From the NCBI GenBank assembly GCA_002269645.1, contig NIVC01001317.1, positions 186,001 through 250,000 on the forward strand: 64,000 nt of DNA, read 5' to 3'. The notes beneath the pieces are model-generated. The model did not search any database. It was not told the DNA's origin and was given only the letters and a program-made list of their open reading frames with translations. This document shows, one piece after another, positions 13,665-26,853 of this stretch. The stretch is from Macrostomum lignano (Eukaryota). Numbering within the stretch: the first letter of the stretch is position 1; each line of letters opens with the position of its first letter. The position numbers and the translations under genes are program-made.

Positions 13665-14100
13665 TTTCTCTCCTCTCTCCTCTCTCCTCTCTCCTCTCTC
13701 CTCTCTTCTCTCTCCTCTCTTCTCTCTCCTCTCTCCTCTCTCCTCTCTCCTCTCTCCTCTCTTCTCTCTCCTCTCTCCTGTCTCCTTTCTCCTCTCTCAT
13801 CTCTCGTTTCTCCTCTCTCCTCTCTCCTCTCTCCTCTCTCCTCTCTCCTCTCTCCTATCTCCTTTCTCCTCTCTCCTCTCTCCTCTCTCCTCTCTCCTCT
13901 CTCCTCTCTCCTTTCTCCTCTCTTCTCTCTCCTCTCTCCTCTCTCCTCCCTCCTCTCTCCTCTCTCCTCTCTCCTCTCTCCTGTCTCCTTTCTTCTCTCT
14001 CCTCTCTCGTTTCTCCTTTCTCCTCTCTCATCTCTCCTCTCTCCTCTCTCCTTTCTGTTCTCTCTGTTTTCTTTGTTTTCTCTTCTCATTTCTCTCTCCC
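13665..14100. repeat. (CTCTCCT)n polypyrimidine heptamer repeat
   Basis: Read directly; L/S/P and E/R/G ORFs are artefacts. Confidence 0.93.
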
Positions 14101-14782
14101 CCATTCCTCCCCTCCCACCCCCTGGTCTAATTTCTCCCCAAATCTTTAAAAATCTTTCTCACAGTCTGAAATATTTGTGATTTGAAAAGATCTCTGAATG
14201 CATATGGAACTTTATTCTCGTAACTTCAAAATGCATTTTAGCTTGTGGCCTTCCAGCCTAAGTAACAACGCCGCCCACGCAGTAGAAAAAATGGCTGGGT
14301 ATTTCTTCTGTCAATAGCGCAAATTTATTTCAATTTTGGGACAGCGTTTGACAGGCTGCGAGACAGTCCTATTTGCCAATTGATCGAATTATCAGAAATC
14401 CGTAGGTGAAAAAGTGCACGCTGGGATCGGTAGGACTGACTGACTGACTGCTCATCTATACAGAAGGGAATTCGTTAGGCTCGGGGTTGATTTCTGAGCA
14501 CTCCGAGACTTCTGTGTCTCAGCTATTAAAATTTGCAGAAAAAGAAACAAATTTTATTATCATCGGGGCTGCCACCATCCCCCCAGCCCCGGATTAGTCG
14601 CGGCCCTGTGGGATAATTAGATCGAGCTCGGAGGATGCGATATTTTTTAAGGTGACACCGCAATTCCGAACGGGGACGGAATGATGGATAGAGAGAGGGA
14701 AACTGCAGATGGGGCTCCTAGGGGAGTCAGGGGAATTCTTGCAACTGAGGGAAAATGCTCTTTCTCTCGACTCACCCATTAT

Positions 14783-15047
14783 CTGGTCTGTCTAGTCTGT
14801 CTCTGGCCTGTCTCTGGTGTGTCTCTGGTCTGTCTCTGGTGTGTCTCTGGTGTGTCTCTGGTGTGTCTCTGGTGTGTCTCTGGTCTGTCTCTGGTGTGTC
14901 TCTGGTGTGTCTCTGGTCTGTCTCTGGTGTGTCTCTGGTGTGTCTCTGGTGTGTCTCTGGTGTGTCTCTGGTCTGTCTCTGGTGTGTCTCTGGTGTGTCT
15001 CTGGTGTGTCTCTGGTGTGTATCTGGTCTGTCTCTGGTGTGTCTCTG
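14783..15047. repeat. 11-bp minisatellite (GGTGTGTCTCT/GGTCTGTCTCT)n
   Basis: About 24 units. Confidence 0.94.
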
Positions 15048-16305
15048 TCCTCCGACCCCTCATCGCCCTCTATCAAATATCAAAATCTTCTGTTGCTATA
15101 AACTCTCAACACTTCGGTATCAATAACAAAATTACGTTCAACATACGACCAAACTGATAATATTGAAGAATCGGTTCTGGGCTGTGATGACCAGTTAATA
15201 CTGATGTTCCAGCTTCGTCATTTGCATGGATTATTGTGGCAGCAGATTAAAAGCCCAGCTGCCCAAATCCCCCCCATCTCTGAAAATTCTCCCAATTATT
15301 GTGGGCCATCAATGGTTCCAGCTCACGCCATGGCTTCAGTTCCGTGACACTCAACTAGGAGTAAAGGGCGGAGAGCTCACGTGGTCGCTGCCGCAGGGCT
15401 GAACTCAAATCTCCAACTCACTTGAAATCCTTCGCATTATCCCGATAGATGGGGCCACTCGGATTTCCCCCATCCATTCCGACTCGGGGATGGAATTCCA
15501 TCGCCAGTAACTCTTGCTGTTGGCCAAAGTAGCCAAGTACCTGAGGCACACGTATGGGTCACGGTTGAACTCAAGCCACAATGGATCCTGCGCGGTTGGT
15601 CTGTCTAAAAAATAGAAGATTGAACCGTTTCGGAACTCTGAAATCACTGAAGAGGGCGTGTCTAAGACGGCGGAGAGGAGGCCAGCGAAAGTGCATATTG
15701 TGCAGCTTCTGCATGAAGCGCAGGTTCCCTCTTTCAAGTGTCATTGAGAACTTTTTTGAACCATTAAAATCTAGACATTTCTGGGAGCCGGTTTTTTAAA
15801 TAGAAAAAGTCACAATGGATATAACAGTGCTTCTGTTCTTGCGGTTCGTTTGTAATGTTACTAAAATATGAGAACAGTGTTGACGTTTTAGCCAAGTTTG
15901 ACACAAACAGAATGACGATGATTGAATAATTAAAGCAGGTGTGTTATTAGATTGCGTCACAGGCCCCGGCACCGCCTCGACTTCTATTGTGCGACCATGA
16001 GAGACCAGACAATAGGGGGTGTCAGTTTTGACGGGTTCGCAAAATGAATCATAATTTCGGTCTGGGCTGCCTTTAAAAAGACGCATACAACCCGCTGGGC
16101 AATGTGTGGCCAAGAAAAAATAATTATTGGCAGGTGGGCGATTCAACGCTCTGTGTGCCAACAAGAGAAAAATGCTTTTTTGTAGTCTTTGTTGCATCGA
16201 AATACTGAATAGCTCAATCTGAATGTGTGGCCTCAATGCAGTGACAAGAGATTTGAATGCTTTCATTGCTAGATTTGAATAAGAATCCACAGTGTTTAAT
16301 GAGGT

Positions 16306-16870
16306 ATGATTCCAGGAATAGAGCGGCAGATTCCAGGAATAGAGCGGCAGATTCCAGGAATAGAGCGGCAGATTCCAGGAATAGAGCGGCAGATTTCAGG
16401 AATAGAGCGGCAGATTCCAGGAATAGAGTGGCAGTTTTCGGGAATAGAGTGGCAGATTCCAGGAATAGAGCGACAGAATCCAGGAATAGAGTGGCACTTT
16501 CCAGGAATAGAGTGGCAGTTTCCAGGAATAGAGCGGCAGATTCCAGGAATAGAGCGGCAGATTCCAGGAATAGAGCGGCAGATTCCAGGAATAGAGCGGC
16601 AGATTTCAGGAATAGAGCGGCAGATTCCAGGAATAGAGTGGCAGTTTTCGGGAATAGAGTGGCAGATTCCAGGAATAGAGCGACAGAATCCAGGAATAGA
16701 GTGGCACTTTCCAGGAATAGAGTGGCAGTTTCCAGGAATAGAGCGGCAGATTCCAGGAATATAGCGTCAGATTCATGGAATAGAGCGGCAGATTCCAGGA
16801 ATATAGCGTCAGATTCATGGAATAGAGCGGCAGATTCCAAGAATAGAGGCAGATTCAGGAGTGGAGAGGC
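16306..16870. repeat. 21-bp minisatellite (GATTCCAGGAATAGAGCGGCA)n with a 210-bp higher-order duplication
   Basis: The variant GATTTCAGG occurs at ~16394 and ~16604 (offset 210 = 10 units), followed by the same variant order. Confidence 0.94.
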
Positions 16871-18454
16871 AGATTCAAGGACACCGGGGGAGCGGAGAGG
16901 CAGATTTAGGAGCCGAGGCTGTATTCGTTAGAGTTTTATGCCAGACCTGTTCAGATCTCCCGCGCAGTTGCTCCAGACAGAAACTGATAAGCACAGAAAG
17001 TTAATTTGAATCCTGAAGCAGTAATTTCTACAGAAGCAGACACGTCTTGGCCGACTATGATGCGGTGTGTGTAATCTCTCGAACTCTCAGTTGCTGGGTG
17101 GGCCGCGGCTGTGTCTGTATGATAGTGCAGCAGAAGTTGCACGGGGGACACAGACAGACAATAATGGGCAGTGTACAAGCGTAGTAGGTCTTTGTTGCAG
17201 CTCTGCTATCCGCCATGAAATTGGTAACCGACGGGGCCCATCCTCGCTAACTTATGCTTGTAAAACCGCCCTCACAGCGGCCCCCTGTTTCCCAGTTGTG
17301 CATCCAGTCTTGAGGGAAGCGCTATTCATTATTTTATCAGCGAAGGAGAAGAAAGTGGCAGCGGGAAAATGTAAAAAATACTGCAAGAAGAAAAACAGGG
17401 AAAAATGCCCTTTGCAACGCGAGAGGTGTGGCGCGTCGTGAGGGAGAGACTGAGCGGTTCAGAGGGTTGCGCAGTGGGGCAGAACAGAAAGTGAAAAGAA
17501 ATCAGTGAAATTCCAGAAGCCTCATTAGTCCTGCCCTTTCTTACCGGCCTCTCTCTCTCTCTCTTATTCTTTCTTTCACCAAAACCAAAAAGTTTCAGAA
17601 GTTGCCACACAATTTAAAAAAGGGAAACGAGGCAGTTCGGACTCCGGACAGTGTTTTCTGGATTTTGAAGAGAAAAAAATCACTAACTAAAGATTGAAAC
17701 CGCAGCGGATCGGCTGCTTTATAGTGAACTCCGCTGCTGTTGAAGGCCTGCGTTGGGATCTGGCTTGACGGCGAGGTTAGGGCTGACAGGCATTGTGTCA
17801 GGGGTGGAGGGAGAGAGGGGGAAGCTGGCAGTCCTGATGGAGCTTGAAACACAAAACACGACTTGTTGGCAAGGAACAGGACTAAGTGAGAATGTAAAAG
17901 TTGGAAAAAAATCTTTCTAAGCCAGGCGTCTGGCAGAGACATTTCCTTGCCTTCCCCCTTCAAGACTCACTGATCCCGTGCAGCAGACCAAAGAGGACTG
18001 GTAGGGGAGTTTCGGGAACTAATAATCCACGTACTAACCAGCTAGTTTGCTGCGGCTGTTGCCAATATTGATTTCAGAAACTGGCGCGAAACGCCACCTT
18101 GTTTTTGAAGAGAGCAGGCAACAAGGAAATTCTCGCTGCTTCACCTATTCCCCCCTATTTTGGCTATAGCAGAACTCTTCGCAACCCTATGGACTCCTGC
18201 AGCTCCATTCAGGACTGGGTGGATCAGTTGTCAACTATCCTTTCTTTCCTTCGCTCTTTCAGCGTTCTGCTAGAAAAAATTTTTCCGGTTTAGAAGGCAC
18301 TTCTTCGATAACAAAAAAGTTGCACTGTTAATCCGTCAACAGTGCTCGATACATTGGAACTGTATAGAGAATGAGGACGGCTATTAGCTTGGGCTAAATG
18401 GACTAAATACCGATTGGCTAGTGACGTGCATATACGAGTAAAGGTGGGTGGAGG

Positions 18455-18780
18455 TCGCTCGCTCGACAATGTACATTCTTTTGAATAATCTCTGCCCCTC
18501 TTAACACCAGTCTCACGCCAGAAATTGATTGGGGTGAGGGTCGCTCGCGCGACAATGTACATTCTTTTGAATAAACTCTGCCCCTCTTAACACCAGTCTC
18601 ACGCCAGAAATTGATTGGGGTGAGGGTCGCTTGTGCTACACTGTACACTCCTTTGAATAATCTCTGTCCCTCTTAACACCAGTCTCACGCCAGAAATTGA
18701 TTGGGGTGAGGGTCGCTCGCGCGACAATGAACATTCTTTTGAATAATCTCTGTCCTTCTTAACACCAGCCTCACGTCGGT
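18455..18780. repeat. 85-bp tandem repeat, ~4 copies
   Basis: GACAATGTACATTCTTTTGAATAA...CACGCCAGAAATTGATTGGGGTGAGGGTCGCT recurs at ~18466, 18551, 18636 and 18721. Confidence 0.92.
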
Positions 18781-20774
18781 AATTGATTCGATAGTGACCA
18801 TTCGTGTGAGAGTGTGCCATCCCAGGAATAAATCTGTCGTACAGAACTGGAAACACAGAAAATTCTAACGCAAGCCGACAAGTCTATAATAAAATTTAGT
18901 ACTTCATCTAAATTGTGGTTCCGCACTTAGTCACTGTGAAATAGCTCGCAGAGACAATATTCCAACCTACACTTACGAATCCTTGATGCACTTTTGATCC
19001 TTGATCTATAAACTTAATACCGCGCGGATGCCTAGATACTGCAGGACAAGAGGAATGATTCATGCTGTCTGGGCAGCCGGCCGCCAATATAAGGATTCCA
19101 AAAATGCAGGAACTGAAATACTTCAAGAAGATTTTGTGTCTCGTAGATAATACAGACGGAATCCTTGATGCATCGGATTGTTTGTTGCAATTTTTTTACA
19201 ACTGTTCCGAATTGTTCAGCCATGTCCTGCCTTCTTCATCATTTCTATTAAAGTGCAGTTGAGGTCACCCAGATCCAGATGACGATATGAAGTTAGAATA
19301 ATGATAGCATATAGTTAACGAAGTTTTACTAACAAGCCACGCGAAATGTGCTTGTGTCTTAAATTAGGTCAAAACTCGCATTTGCACAGCAACTTTTTAC
19401 CTTGGCTTTTATTGCGCCTTTGGAAAATTTATCCAGTACTCGTGCATGGAAGGGGGGCTTTTGAAAATAGTTAGTGAGTGACGATATAGGCGGGTCTAGA
19501 CCTTGGCAATAAACCATGAATTATCATTCTGGGCATTTGTTTATTGCCAGAGCCAGGAAGGACAAGGCGGCCATCTGCCCCGCTTCCCGCCATCCCCCAC
19601 CTCAGCTGGCTTGAATGGCGGAAAATTCCTGATTTGCTTTCTATAACCGGTTTAATACTTTCCTGACCAACAATGAGCAAAGACAACATGCATGCATCCG
19701 GGCAATGCATCAGCCAACACTTAGCTAGCATCTTCCCTGTCCTTTCCTATCTTTTGTCTGCAGCAGATAGCTGGCAAAACTGCATTGCCCATGCAGCGAT
19801 TGGCTGTGGGGCCAACCCAGCCAATGACGGCTGGCCTCAAGCCTTCAACACAGATATAGTAAAGCCGTTTTGCTGTAGGATAGCCCAACTCGTAGGCAGA
19901 CAAAATTAGAGCATTGGAAAGCAGGCATTTTCCTGAATGGTCAGAAGCATTCTTGCGCAGTTATCCAAATTAATACTGGTATTGGACTGGACGGAACGAC
20001 CGGTTTCTTAGTGAAAGAAATTGAGGTGAGTAAATTGTCTGCTTATTGAAAGCAAATTAAAGAGATTATTTATCAACTAGCAAAGTTGCAGGACCTTCAT
20101 GACTGCTTGTTAGCTAGTTTGTAAGACGAATTGAACGTGCCTGATGCCTTCTCTGAATTAAAAAAAATCATGGTACAAATCTAACGAATCTCAATGCATT
20201 TTAAAAAATCCGCTATTATCTCATTGGGAAAAAACCTGCTTTCCGATTCGATCCCAGCAGCGGCTCGCTAATTGTATTTCGGAGCGAGTTTCGTTTTGCT
20301 TTCATTCGCCGATAAAGAGACTCAGGAGGGAGGGATGCTGGGTTGCGGTTTCTGACACTGATTGACGCTCGGGGGCTGCTCCGGGTTCTGCAATGTTGCG
20401 TAATCCTCTGCTGAGACTGGTGGGGGTTCAGGCCAGTACAGAGAGAGATATCGGACCGAGTCGGCATGGGGAACAGAAGCTCATAAAGAAATCGGAACTT
20501 CAAGCTTTTGGAGATATGAATTGGAGGGCCGGCCCGTGTGTCCACTTTTTGCCTTTCAATCAGCTCTCTGGCCGCTACTGAGGCTAAACTGTCCCCAGGG
20601 GGCGAGTCCGGCCGCGGGCACGGGGGATTCCTGAGATCCAATTGAGGAGAAAGTTTTTCCTCAATGGGAAAATTTTTGAAGGCATTAGTGATCGTGAGTC
20701 AGTTTGGATGTCAAGTTGGGGCCTCTTAGTCAGCGGATTCTTAGGGTGCGAAAGCATGGCAATACAGAGTCGCA

Positions 20775-21789
20775 GTTCATCCCAGATCCCGCGGACACAT
20801 TAATTCTAGTAGACACACTTCGTCCAGTGGACACATTTCATCCCAGATCTAGCAGACCCAGTGGACACATTTCATCCCAGATCTAGCAGACCCAGTGGAC
20901 ACATTTCATCCCAGATCCAGCAGATCCAGTGGACACATTTCATCCCAGATCCAGAAGATCCAGTGGACACATTTCATCCCAGATCTAGCAGACCCAGTGG
21001 ACACATTTCATCCCAGATCCAGTGGACACATTTCATCCCAGATCCAGCAGATCCAGTGGAAACATTTCATCCCAGATCTAGCAGACCCAGTGGACACATT
21101 TCATCCCAGATCCAGCAGATCCAGTGGACACATTTCATCCCAGATCCAGAAGATCCAGTGGACACATTTCATCCCAGATCTAGCAGACCCAGTGGACACA
21201 TTTCATCCCAGATCCAGTGGACACATTTCATCCCAGATCCAAAAGATCCAGTGGACACATTAATTCTAGTGGACACATTTCATCCCAGATCCAGCAGACC
21301 CAGTGGACACATTTCATCCCAGATCCAGCAGACCCAGTGGACACATTTCATCCCAGATCCAGCAGATCCAGTGGACACATTTCATCCCAGATCCAGAAGA
21401 TCCAGTGGACACATTTCATCCCAGATCCAGAAGATCCAGTGGACACATTTCATCCCAGATCTAGCAGACCCAGTGGACACATTTCATCCCAGATCCAGTG
21501 GACACATTTCATCCCAGATCCAAAAGATCCAGTGGACACATTAATTCTAGTGGACACACTTCGTCCAGTGGACACATTTCATCCCAGATCCAGTGGACAC
21601 ATTTCATTCCAGATCCAGGAGATCCAGTGGAAACATTTCATCCCAGATCCAGAAGATCCAGTGGACACATTTCATCCCAGATCCAGCAGATCCAGTGGAC
21701 ACATTTCATCCCAGATCCAGTGGACACATTTCATCCCAGATCCAGTGGACACATTTCATCCCAGATCCAGCAGATCCAGTGGACACATT
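20775..21789. repeat. Modular minisatellite: 25-bp core (CAGTGGACACATTTCATCCCAGATC) with optional 9-bp and TAATTCTAG modules
   Basis: 25- and 34-bp units alternate irregularly over ~1 kb. Confidence 0.94.
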
Positions 21790-24019
21790 GCGTACCGCAA
21801 GTGAGCATATGCAGCTCTTTGGATTAATAAAATCGAAAAACTGCATTAAAACCTTCCTTTACAGTAAGATTGTGCACGAATCCCAAATGGGTTCCCCAAA
21901 AAGCGCTTTGCACCCACAGTTGCGGCATCAGCTCTACTGACTTCTGAGCTCATGTGCTCAGCTTTCTACAGGAAATCCTTCTCTGTCAACTTGTCCCTGA
22001 TTCACCCGCACCTCAGACGAAACCGTAATTTGCCACTTCCTCTTCTCCTGCATTCCCCGGCTCTCTTGGGAGGCTGGCTGGCTGCTGCTGGCACCTCTGG
22101 CAGCAACGTGATGGGATTTTATCAGCCTCTTGTCGCAGTTCTTCCCAATCCTGATGAATTGTCCCTTACGTCTTTTATGCTGTTTCCTACAGAGTCTGTA
22201 GATCATGGACCATTAAGTTCACAGGACTGGAAACCACTAAAAGGGATTAGTTTTGACTTGAACTAGATCTTAGTATTCCAACAGAAAGTTGATGAGCCAC
22301 GAAACTGTTAATTTGGGATTAGCTATTCATCTGTTGCACTAACCGTGTTCAACAATGCTTAACTTACAGATTTCTCTCGGTAAATTTCAGTAGAAATTCC
22401 AATAATAGATTGATGATCATCTACTCAATTCAGAGCAGGCGAGGGTCTTCAGATTCAGATTTTTCCTAGCACTCCGACTGCAGGGCTGGGATGAGAAACC
22501 GGAGACCTCTGTGACTCCATCTACTCAGCTCTGCAGCTTCGCTTTATCGCAAAAAAACCGTTTTCCTTTGTGCGAGCGAGCACCAGTCAGCACCAGCACC
22601 ATCTCCCAGACCGACTCGGGTTTCTCAGCAGAACTGGTCCACGCCCTAGTACCAGACCCCCAGCCCACAATCAATCAGGCAATTTTTTGTTCCAATTTTT
22701 TTGCACGCACCGCCAGTTCTCTGACCCCAGGAAGCTGGGCAGGGGGGGGGGGCTGCGATCCGCTCGTGTTTTCGGTGTAAACAACCTTCTTGCGCACACC
22801 GCGGGCGCAACCACTTTAGACAATCCCTGCCCTCCCTCCCCTCCCCCCGGGCCGCGGAAGTCAACCACCTGCAGATCCCCTGGCTCGCTCTTCATCTCCC
22901 TCTCTCACCTGAAGTTTCCTGCATCAGGCGGGCCCGGCCTCTCTCTCCTACTACAGCAGCCGAGCCTTTTCTCTTTTATTTCCCACCTTCCCGACACGCT
23001 GCAATTCTCCAACACTTTTGATGGCTGGCATTCCTACTAGCTGCATAGCATGAGAGGATTGAAAGGGTACACATGCAGTGTTCAGGTATCTCCCAGTCTG
23101 AGGGCAGGGTAGACCTGCTTCAACGCCTCCCTCCGCGTATTCAATCCCAATCACTCGATCTACTCGTAGGTATTTCGGGGGTCATGCGAGGTGGTTGAAT
23201 CCATGCCTCAGGTCTTATCGCCCGCTTGATAGTTCTCTCCACCCCAGTTGATGAGTAGTCAGGCTAGTAGAATCTGCCCATGTGAAGATCGGTACCTATG
23301 AATTATGGAATTGTGCAATGCACTTCCTGAGATGGTTAGTACTCTTAACTGCAACAAAGAGCCTGGCTTGCCACTCTTACCCCAATCACTGCAATTCGAT
23401 ATTTGAGCAGATTTGTGAGTGCAAATCACGGATAGCGTGAAGAAACACTATTTAGCTACACTTGTGGACAGATTTCTATAAAAATTGCACTTTGCTTCTC
23501 CCCTGGGGAGGTCAGGAATTCTTCTCATGATTCCATCCTCTGTTTTCTGTCTTATCTAATGGAGAAAATGCATCAAAAAGGTTTTTCGGTTGCTGTTTGA
23601 GCAGCAAAACCCGTCCCCAGTGAAGATTGTTGCAAAAGAATTTCCCTTGAAATTGGGCGCCGTCATCATCCTTTCATAAAGGCAGCTCAGGCAGTCTTGT
23701 GGAGACAACTCAATGGCTTCCTAAATGTGAATTCTAGACTGCTAAGCTTGGATCCCTGGCCTGCAATCTGTAATTTTATATCATTAACTCTGTAGCGTTG
23801 CTGGCGTTTCTTGGCATCGAGTGTTCTGTCTCGACTGGGACAATGGCCTGTGCTGTGGCCCCTTTGTGATTGGCTAAACTAATTTGCTTCATCTGCAACA
23901 CTGCAACAGAAATGAGGCCGATCGATCTGAAAATCTCGATTATCGTCAATTTCAAATTTTAAAATTATGTTGCACTGATGTCAATGTCTGTCTTGACTAC
24001 CCGAAATCTCACATGCACT

Positions 24020-24628
24020 CTCTGACCCTCTCTAACCCTACTCAACCCTCCCTGACCCTCTCTAACCCTACTCAACCCTCCCTGACCCTCTCTAACCCTA
24101 CTCAACCCTTCCTGACCCTCTCTAACCCTACTCAACCCTTCCTGACCCTCTCTAACCCTACTCAACCCTCCCTGACCCTCTCTAACCCTACTCAACCCTT
24201 CCTGACCCTCTCTAACCCTACTCAACCCTTCCTGACCCTCTCTAACCCTACTCAACCCTTCCTGACCCTCTCTAACCCTACTCAACCCTTCCTGACCCTC
24301 TCTAACCCTACTCAACCCTTCCTGACCCTCTCTAACCCTACTCAACCCTTCCTGACCCTCTCTAACCCTACTCAACCCTTCCTGATCCTCTCTAACCCTA
24401 CTCAACCCTTCCTGACCCTCTCTAACCCTACTCAACCCTCCCTGACCCACTCTAACCCTACTCAACCCTCGCTGACCCTCTCTAACCCTACTCAACCCTC
24501 CCTGACCCACTCTAACCCTACTCAACCCTCGCTGACCCTCTCTAACCCTACTCAACCCTCCCTGACCCTCTCTAACCCTACTCAACCCTCCCTGACCCTC
24601 TCTAACCCTACCCGACCCTCCCTGACCT
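24020..24628. repeat. 30-bp telomere-like minisatellite (CTCTAACCCT ACTCAACCCT TCCTGACCCT)n
   Basis: About 20 units, each made of three related 10-mers; contains CTAACCCTA. Confidence 0.95.
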
Positions 24629-25669
24629 TTTCAGACATCTCGGACTGTTTGTAGCCGTTCTCGATTCCTCTCTCACCGCAAGTAAATTTCCCAACTCTCA
24701 ATTCCCCCCCCGAACCCCAAACCGAACCCTCCGGCAAAAGTGACGCAATAAAATGCTGGACGCAATAGTCAATTTAAATTCGAGTTTTTGACTATTTCGA
24801 ATTCGAATACATTATAAAGTGACACGCGGCCGTTTAACTTATAATAAACACCCTCAGCTATTGAGGGAGCGGGGGGTCGGCAGCCTTATGTTAATCCGGT
24901 CAGTCCCCCCGCCTTCTCGAATCAATTCAAGAAATTGCCTATGAAACCCGGCGACGGGATGATGGATGGGAGGGGGTTAAAATTTGGGATTTCTACTGGG
25001 GAACAGTGGGCAGCGGGCTGCTTGAGCAGTTCCAGTGAGTCTCCGAAGTCAGCTGGTCAACACTTGACTCTCGCCAGCCAATGCAGTAGCATGGGGTCAG
25101 AGCCCCCCTTTGCCCTCCACCCCCCCCCCTCCACAGAGATGCCGTAATCGCCCCCGTGGGGAAAAATATCCCATAGGGAGAGCGCGGCCGTTTTTAACTG
25201 CCTAACGAAGCCGGTCGAGCCTCTGGCCCGAGGAATAAGCGGGGAGGCAGAGGCCGGCGACACGCGCTCAGCTCAGAGTTTTGGGCGTCTAAGAGAATTG
25301 AAATCCCACAAGTCTCGAACGGGCTTTGGCGCCGTCTGCGGAGGGATTCTGCAGCCCCAATTATGCTTATTAGTTTTGCTGGTTTGCCTAGAGTCATTGG
25401 CGCGGTTCTTCTTCTAGGGGAGCGGAGAAAGAAGAATGCATGCACATCGCATGCTTGTCAATGTGCCAGAGGCGCTCTCGGGAGAAATATTGAAATGGAA
25501 TAAACAGAATAAGCTTTTGAGACCGATCCTCTGCCCTGCGCTGTCTTCGCTCAGTTCAATCCAATTCAGGGGAGGGCGTTCGCTGCTAAACAGTCCAGGC
25601 CCCGTCTATTCCCCGCCCCTGCGGCTCCCTCCTGCTTTTGCTGAAAGTGGGTGGTCACGTCGGAGACAA

Positions 25670-26853
25670 TCAGACACTAAGGCAGACACTGAGACAGACA
25701 CTGAGACAGACACTGGGACAGACACTGGGACAGACACTGAGACAGACACTGAGACAGACACTGAGACAGACACTGAGACAGACACTAAGGCAGACACTAA
25801 GGCAGACACTGAGGCAGACACTAAGGCAGACACTAAGGCAGACACTAAGGCAGACACTAAGGCAGACACTAAGGCAGACACTAAGGCAGACACTAAGACA
25901 GACACTGAGGCAGACACTAAGGCAGACACTGAGGCAGACACTAAGACAGACACTAAGGCAGACACTGAGACAGACACTGAAACAGACACTAAGGCAGACA
26001 CTGAGGCAGACACTAAGGCAGACACTGAGGCAGACACTAAGACAGACACTAAGGCAGACACTAAGGCAGACACTAAGGCAGACACTAAGGCAGACACTAA
26101 GGCAGACACTAAGGCAGACACTAAGGCAGACACTAAGGCAGACACTAAGGCAGACACTAAAGCAGACACTAAGGCAGACACTAAGGCAGACACTAAGGCA
26201 GACACTAAGGCAGACACTGAGGCAGACACTAAGGCAGACACTAAGGCAGACACTAAGGCAGACACTAAGGCAGACACTAAGGCAGACACTAAGGCAGACA
26301 CTAAGACAGACACTGAGGCAGACACTAAGGCAGACACTGAGGCAGACACTAAGACAGACACTAAGGCAGACACTGAGACAGACACTGAAACAGACACTAA
26401 GGCAGACACTGAGGCAGACACTAAGGCAGACACTAAGGCAGACACTAAGACAGACACTAAGGCAGACACTGAGACACACACTAAGGCAGACACTAAGGCA
26501 GACACTGAGACAGACACTAAGGCAGACACTAAGGCAGACACTGAGACAGACACTGAGACAGACACTGGGACAGACACTGGGACAGACACTGAGACAGACA
26601 CTAAGGCAGACACTAAGGCAGACACTAAGGCAGACACTAAGGCAGACACTAAGGCAGACACTAAGGCAGACACTAAGGCAGACACTAAGGCAGACACTAA
26701 GGCAGACACTAAGGCAGACACTAAGGCAGACACTAAGGCAGACACTAAGGCAGACACTAAGGCAGACACTAAGGCAGACACTAAGGCAGACACTAAGGCA
26801 GACACTAAGGCAGACACTAAGGCAGACACTAAGGCAGACACTAAGGCAGACAC
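25670..26853. repeat. 12-bp minisatellite (GGCAGACACTAA / GACAGACACTGA)n
   Basis: About 98 units; the CTGAAAC variant recurs at offset 408 (34 units). Confidence 0.96.

Noticed and set aside
15796-16290. 164-aa minus-strand ORF and the short ORFs at 18908-19262
   Set aside because: They could be transposon relics, but I recognise no transposase or RT motif.
19721-19903. RCMGNAVLP resembling DNA cytosine methyltransferase motif X (GNAVPP)
   Set aside because: No motif IX or any other MTase motif nearby; the short match is likely chance.
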